Assembly (NCBI GenBank): GCA_030704615.1
Contig: CM060733.1
Location: 64,914,001-64,978,000, forward strand
Origin: Takakia lepidozioides
Lineage: Eukaryota > Plantae > Bryophyta
Reading direction: 5' to 3'
Length of the DNA stretch: 64,000 bases
Part shown: in pieces, positions 61,259 through 64,000 of the stretch
Layout of the letters: each line of letters opens with the position of its first letter
How positions within the stretch are numbered: position 1 is the stretch's first letter
The notes under the pieces: model-generated
Seen by the model: the letters and a program-made list of their open reading frames with translations, nothing else
What the model was told of the DNA's origin: nothing
Databases searched by the model: none
Translations under genes and position numbers: made by a program

Positions 61259-62236
61259 CTCGTCTCCACGTACTGGGGAAAGGTGATCACTCTTAGTCCT
61301 CTCGCTGGAACTCGAAGAAGAGGTGTCGTGATCCCTGTCCGACCCCGCGTCGTCACGTTGGACTCCGACATTTCTAGTAGCCTCCCGTGTCTGCTCCAGG
61401 AGATTCTATCCGTCCTCCACCGTCAATTGTCCCTGACCATCATTACAGTCTCCCTCATTGTCTTGTGCCATGTTATCTCCGCATTGCTCCGTGTCCCGGA
61501 CCAGTTCTTGGTGCTTCTGAGGGGTTCCCTCCTGTGCTTCGACTTGGTCGTCTTCGTCGTCTTCATCGTCTGCTATCTCCTTTCCTTTCAGGAGTATTTG
61601 CTCATCGCCATCGCCAAGGTTATTGTTGGGCAACATGTGAGCATGCTCACGCCCGCTGGCGTGAGCACAAATAAATATTCTGCATACTCCCAAAGATTAT
61701 TGTGAATATGCTGCTATTGCGAAACCACAATGCGCTCACATGGTAAGAAATACGAAACTATCTGAAAACCGTGCTCACGTGAAAAAATTCATGAATTAAT
61801 CGTCCAAAGCTCAACTTGCGTGAGCACAAAGACCCACAAATATATCTGCCAGAATCAAAGGTCAGCTCACGTAGTTTTCGCTAGCAAAACTTGGGTTTCA
61901 CTGGTGAAATTGGGGTTTAGTTTTTTTTTTTTTGTGAATTTTTTTCTAGGTTTCTCCCTTTCAAGCTCCTTGTATATGTTTAAGATCTATTTGGACACAA
62001 TGGAGACCTTATTAACCAGAAAGACCCTATGTCCGTCTTTTATATGTATTTCCGCTGACATACATACCACCCCTATAACATCCTGTTCACGCTGCGATTT
62101 TTTTGTGCTCACGCGATACCAACCCCCACCGTAACCAGTCCGCTCTTGTGTAGCATCCGTGTGCAGAAGGGCTGTGATCTAGGCATCGAGTGCAGCTGGC
62201 AAGGCGTGCAGGCGAGGGTGCGAAGGGCAGGAAAAG

Positions 62237-63247
62237 ATGGCGAGGTTTCCGGTGCGTCTGAAGGAGGTGTGCTACACGCTGTCTCCCAACCACCAGAAGG
62301 TCATGAGGGGGTTGTTCAATGATGTCAGCTACAAGCTGGGAAAGAAGTTCCATGAGAACTGGATCTCGGCACTCTTCCTGGTTGTTCCTGTTGCTGGAAC
62401 TTACTGGTTCGTTTCCCTACCCGGTTTACCACCATGGATGATCTGTGTTTGCGTCTTAGCGTTGTGTGCGCTCCCTGAGACCGATTCCTTTGTCTTCTCC
62501 TCACAGTTACTTGTTTATTTTCATTCTATGCCGTCACGTTACGATCCGCAGGATTGAGGTTATTATGAGAATGGATCATGAGTTGGAGGGATGGTTACAC
62601 TGGTCAGAATCCTGATGGAAAGCTGGCCCACAATCCGAGCACACAATCTATGGACTGCTGTGCACCAAGGGATGCGTTAAGGTGACTGTTTAGTTATCAT
62701 CATTGCGCTAGCGAACGATCCTATATAAACTGTTTCCAGGTGCATCTAGATCGGTCTCTAAACTGTTCGCAGTCAGAAGGGCAGGGTTGTGCAGGGATAT
62801 CTGAGGATCCCGTAGTCACCGTTTCCTGTTTACCAGTGATCTGTCTGGCCTCGACCTCTCTGAGATAAACGCGGCCTGGATCATTCGCGTCCCAGAAGTA
62901 TGGTTAAGTTTGTTAAACAAACTTCATGGCTGAGAAAGGCCTCATGTGAAATCCATTCTCAAGGTTGGATTCTGGCAAATACGAGCTGGAAATCTAGATT
63001 GTCCTGATGGATGAGAGAAAACCACAGTAGAGAAGGGATACAATTTGATGTTTTCTGCCATAGCGAACCAAATGGATGCTCAGAGTGCAGCTGGCAATAA
63101 TTCGAGGCTTGCACAGCAGCCATCCTGTTTTATGCCTCACGGACTGGGAAAACTTCCAATAAGAGTGGACTAACAACGAAGACAATCTGTGTTTGCAGGT
63201 ATGCGGAGAATTACAGAGAGCAGGAGAAGCTACACCACCGTTACTAA
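62237..63247 (+). CDS. QCR8: Cytochrome b-c1 complex subunit 8; exons 62237-62406 and 63199-63247 (72 aa)
   Basis: MARFPVRLKEVCYTLSPNHQKVMRGLF...FHENWISA...GTYW|YAENYREQEKLHHRY*; GT-AG intron 62407-63198; typical plant QCR8 length and C-terminus. Confidence 0.93.
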
Positions 63248-64000
63248 TGGCTAGCTTTCATTCCAAGCCTCACTGATTTTCCGTCACGATGGAAGTATGT
63301 GTGATCCTGAGTACAGCACTCTTTTATAAGTTCTTGCTGGGCCTCTGTGTCTACAGATTCTTGGTGGGCTCCCCTGTAGAGAGACAGTAGTGCATATTGT
63401 GACTCTGATCTGCTGCTACTGCTTCATGACTTGTTTTGAGTGACCTACGGTGTTCTACTGATTCCACCTTCTTGGCATGTTCATTTATTCACGCTATCTA
63501 GACTTGAGATGGGGGCCTCCTAAGTTCTCTATTAGATCTGATACACAAGGAGAGACAATGTTCTGGTATTCGTCTTTTGTGTAGGAGTTGATATTCTATG
63601 GATAGTGATGGTTGGATGGCTGATAGGATTGCTGCCGAAGCTGTGATCAAAGCATTAGATGACTGCTGGTTTCTAGTTGATTGGCTTGGTGCGACATCTT
63701 TGATCTGGCTAGTTGTCTCAGCAAGTTTTTCTTTCTCGAATTTTTCATGTGATGCCCATGCCATGTGAGCTAGCTGCTTTCTCACAAGCACAATTTTGGA
63801 TGACCTCTTCTCTGCATAAGCTTTTTTGTAAGAGCTAGCATGGATTAGCTCTCCACACAAGGAAGTCAAGTTGGCTGCGGCTGCTCAAAGAATGTGTGGC
63901 CCAAGATTCAACCTTCAATTTGACAAGGCAATTCAGGGATTGATCACGTCAGTGGCAGCTTTTGAAGAGGCCATGAAATAGATTACTACACTCGAGGTAA

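Noticed and set aside
62407-62557. C-terminal extension of the 106-aa QCR8 ORF
   Set aside because: Intron read-through; the true second exon is 63199-63247.

Overview
Eukaryotic, TE-dense window, most likely from a land plant or streptophyte (GT-AG introns, plant-type two-exon QCR8 gene at 62.2-63.2 kb), with two 500-N scaffold gaps and many single-base indels that may be assembly errors. Ordinary content: a very young full-length chromovirus (1132-8106, ACCAT target-site duplication), two CACTA TnpD relics, three pieces of a non-chromovirus Gypsy family with extra ORFs, a LINE RT fragment and a RING-H2 exon. The unusual content is in two regions. (A) 14.0-36.9 kb: an intron-containing gene joining a ParB/Srx-like domain (DGNHR) to a permuted beta-class amino-DNA-methyltransferase-like domain. 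It is divergent from a GCM-like/DDE/SWIM Mutator-like transposase, and the two are separated by about 35 GGAAATGCGG-YR-CCGCATTTCC palindromes phased at about 53 bp. (B) 54.5-61.3 kb: a second, divergent ParB/Srx-like gene (GGQH), a possible TET/JBP-like dioxygenase relic and a Tnp1-like ORF, marked by a different dispersed palindrome (AACCTCCACT-N4-AGTGGAGGTT). Together these suggest plant transposons carrying ParB-like proteins, cognate parS-like sites and DNA-modification enzymes. All domain calls are by-eye motif recognition; no database searches were run.
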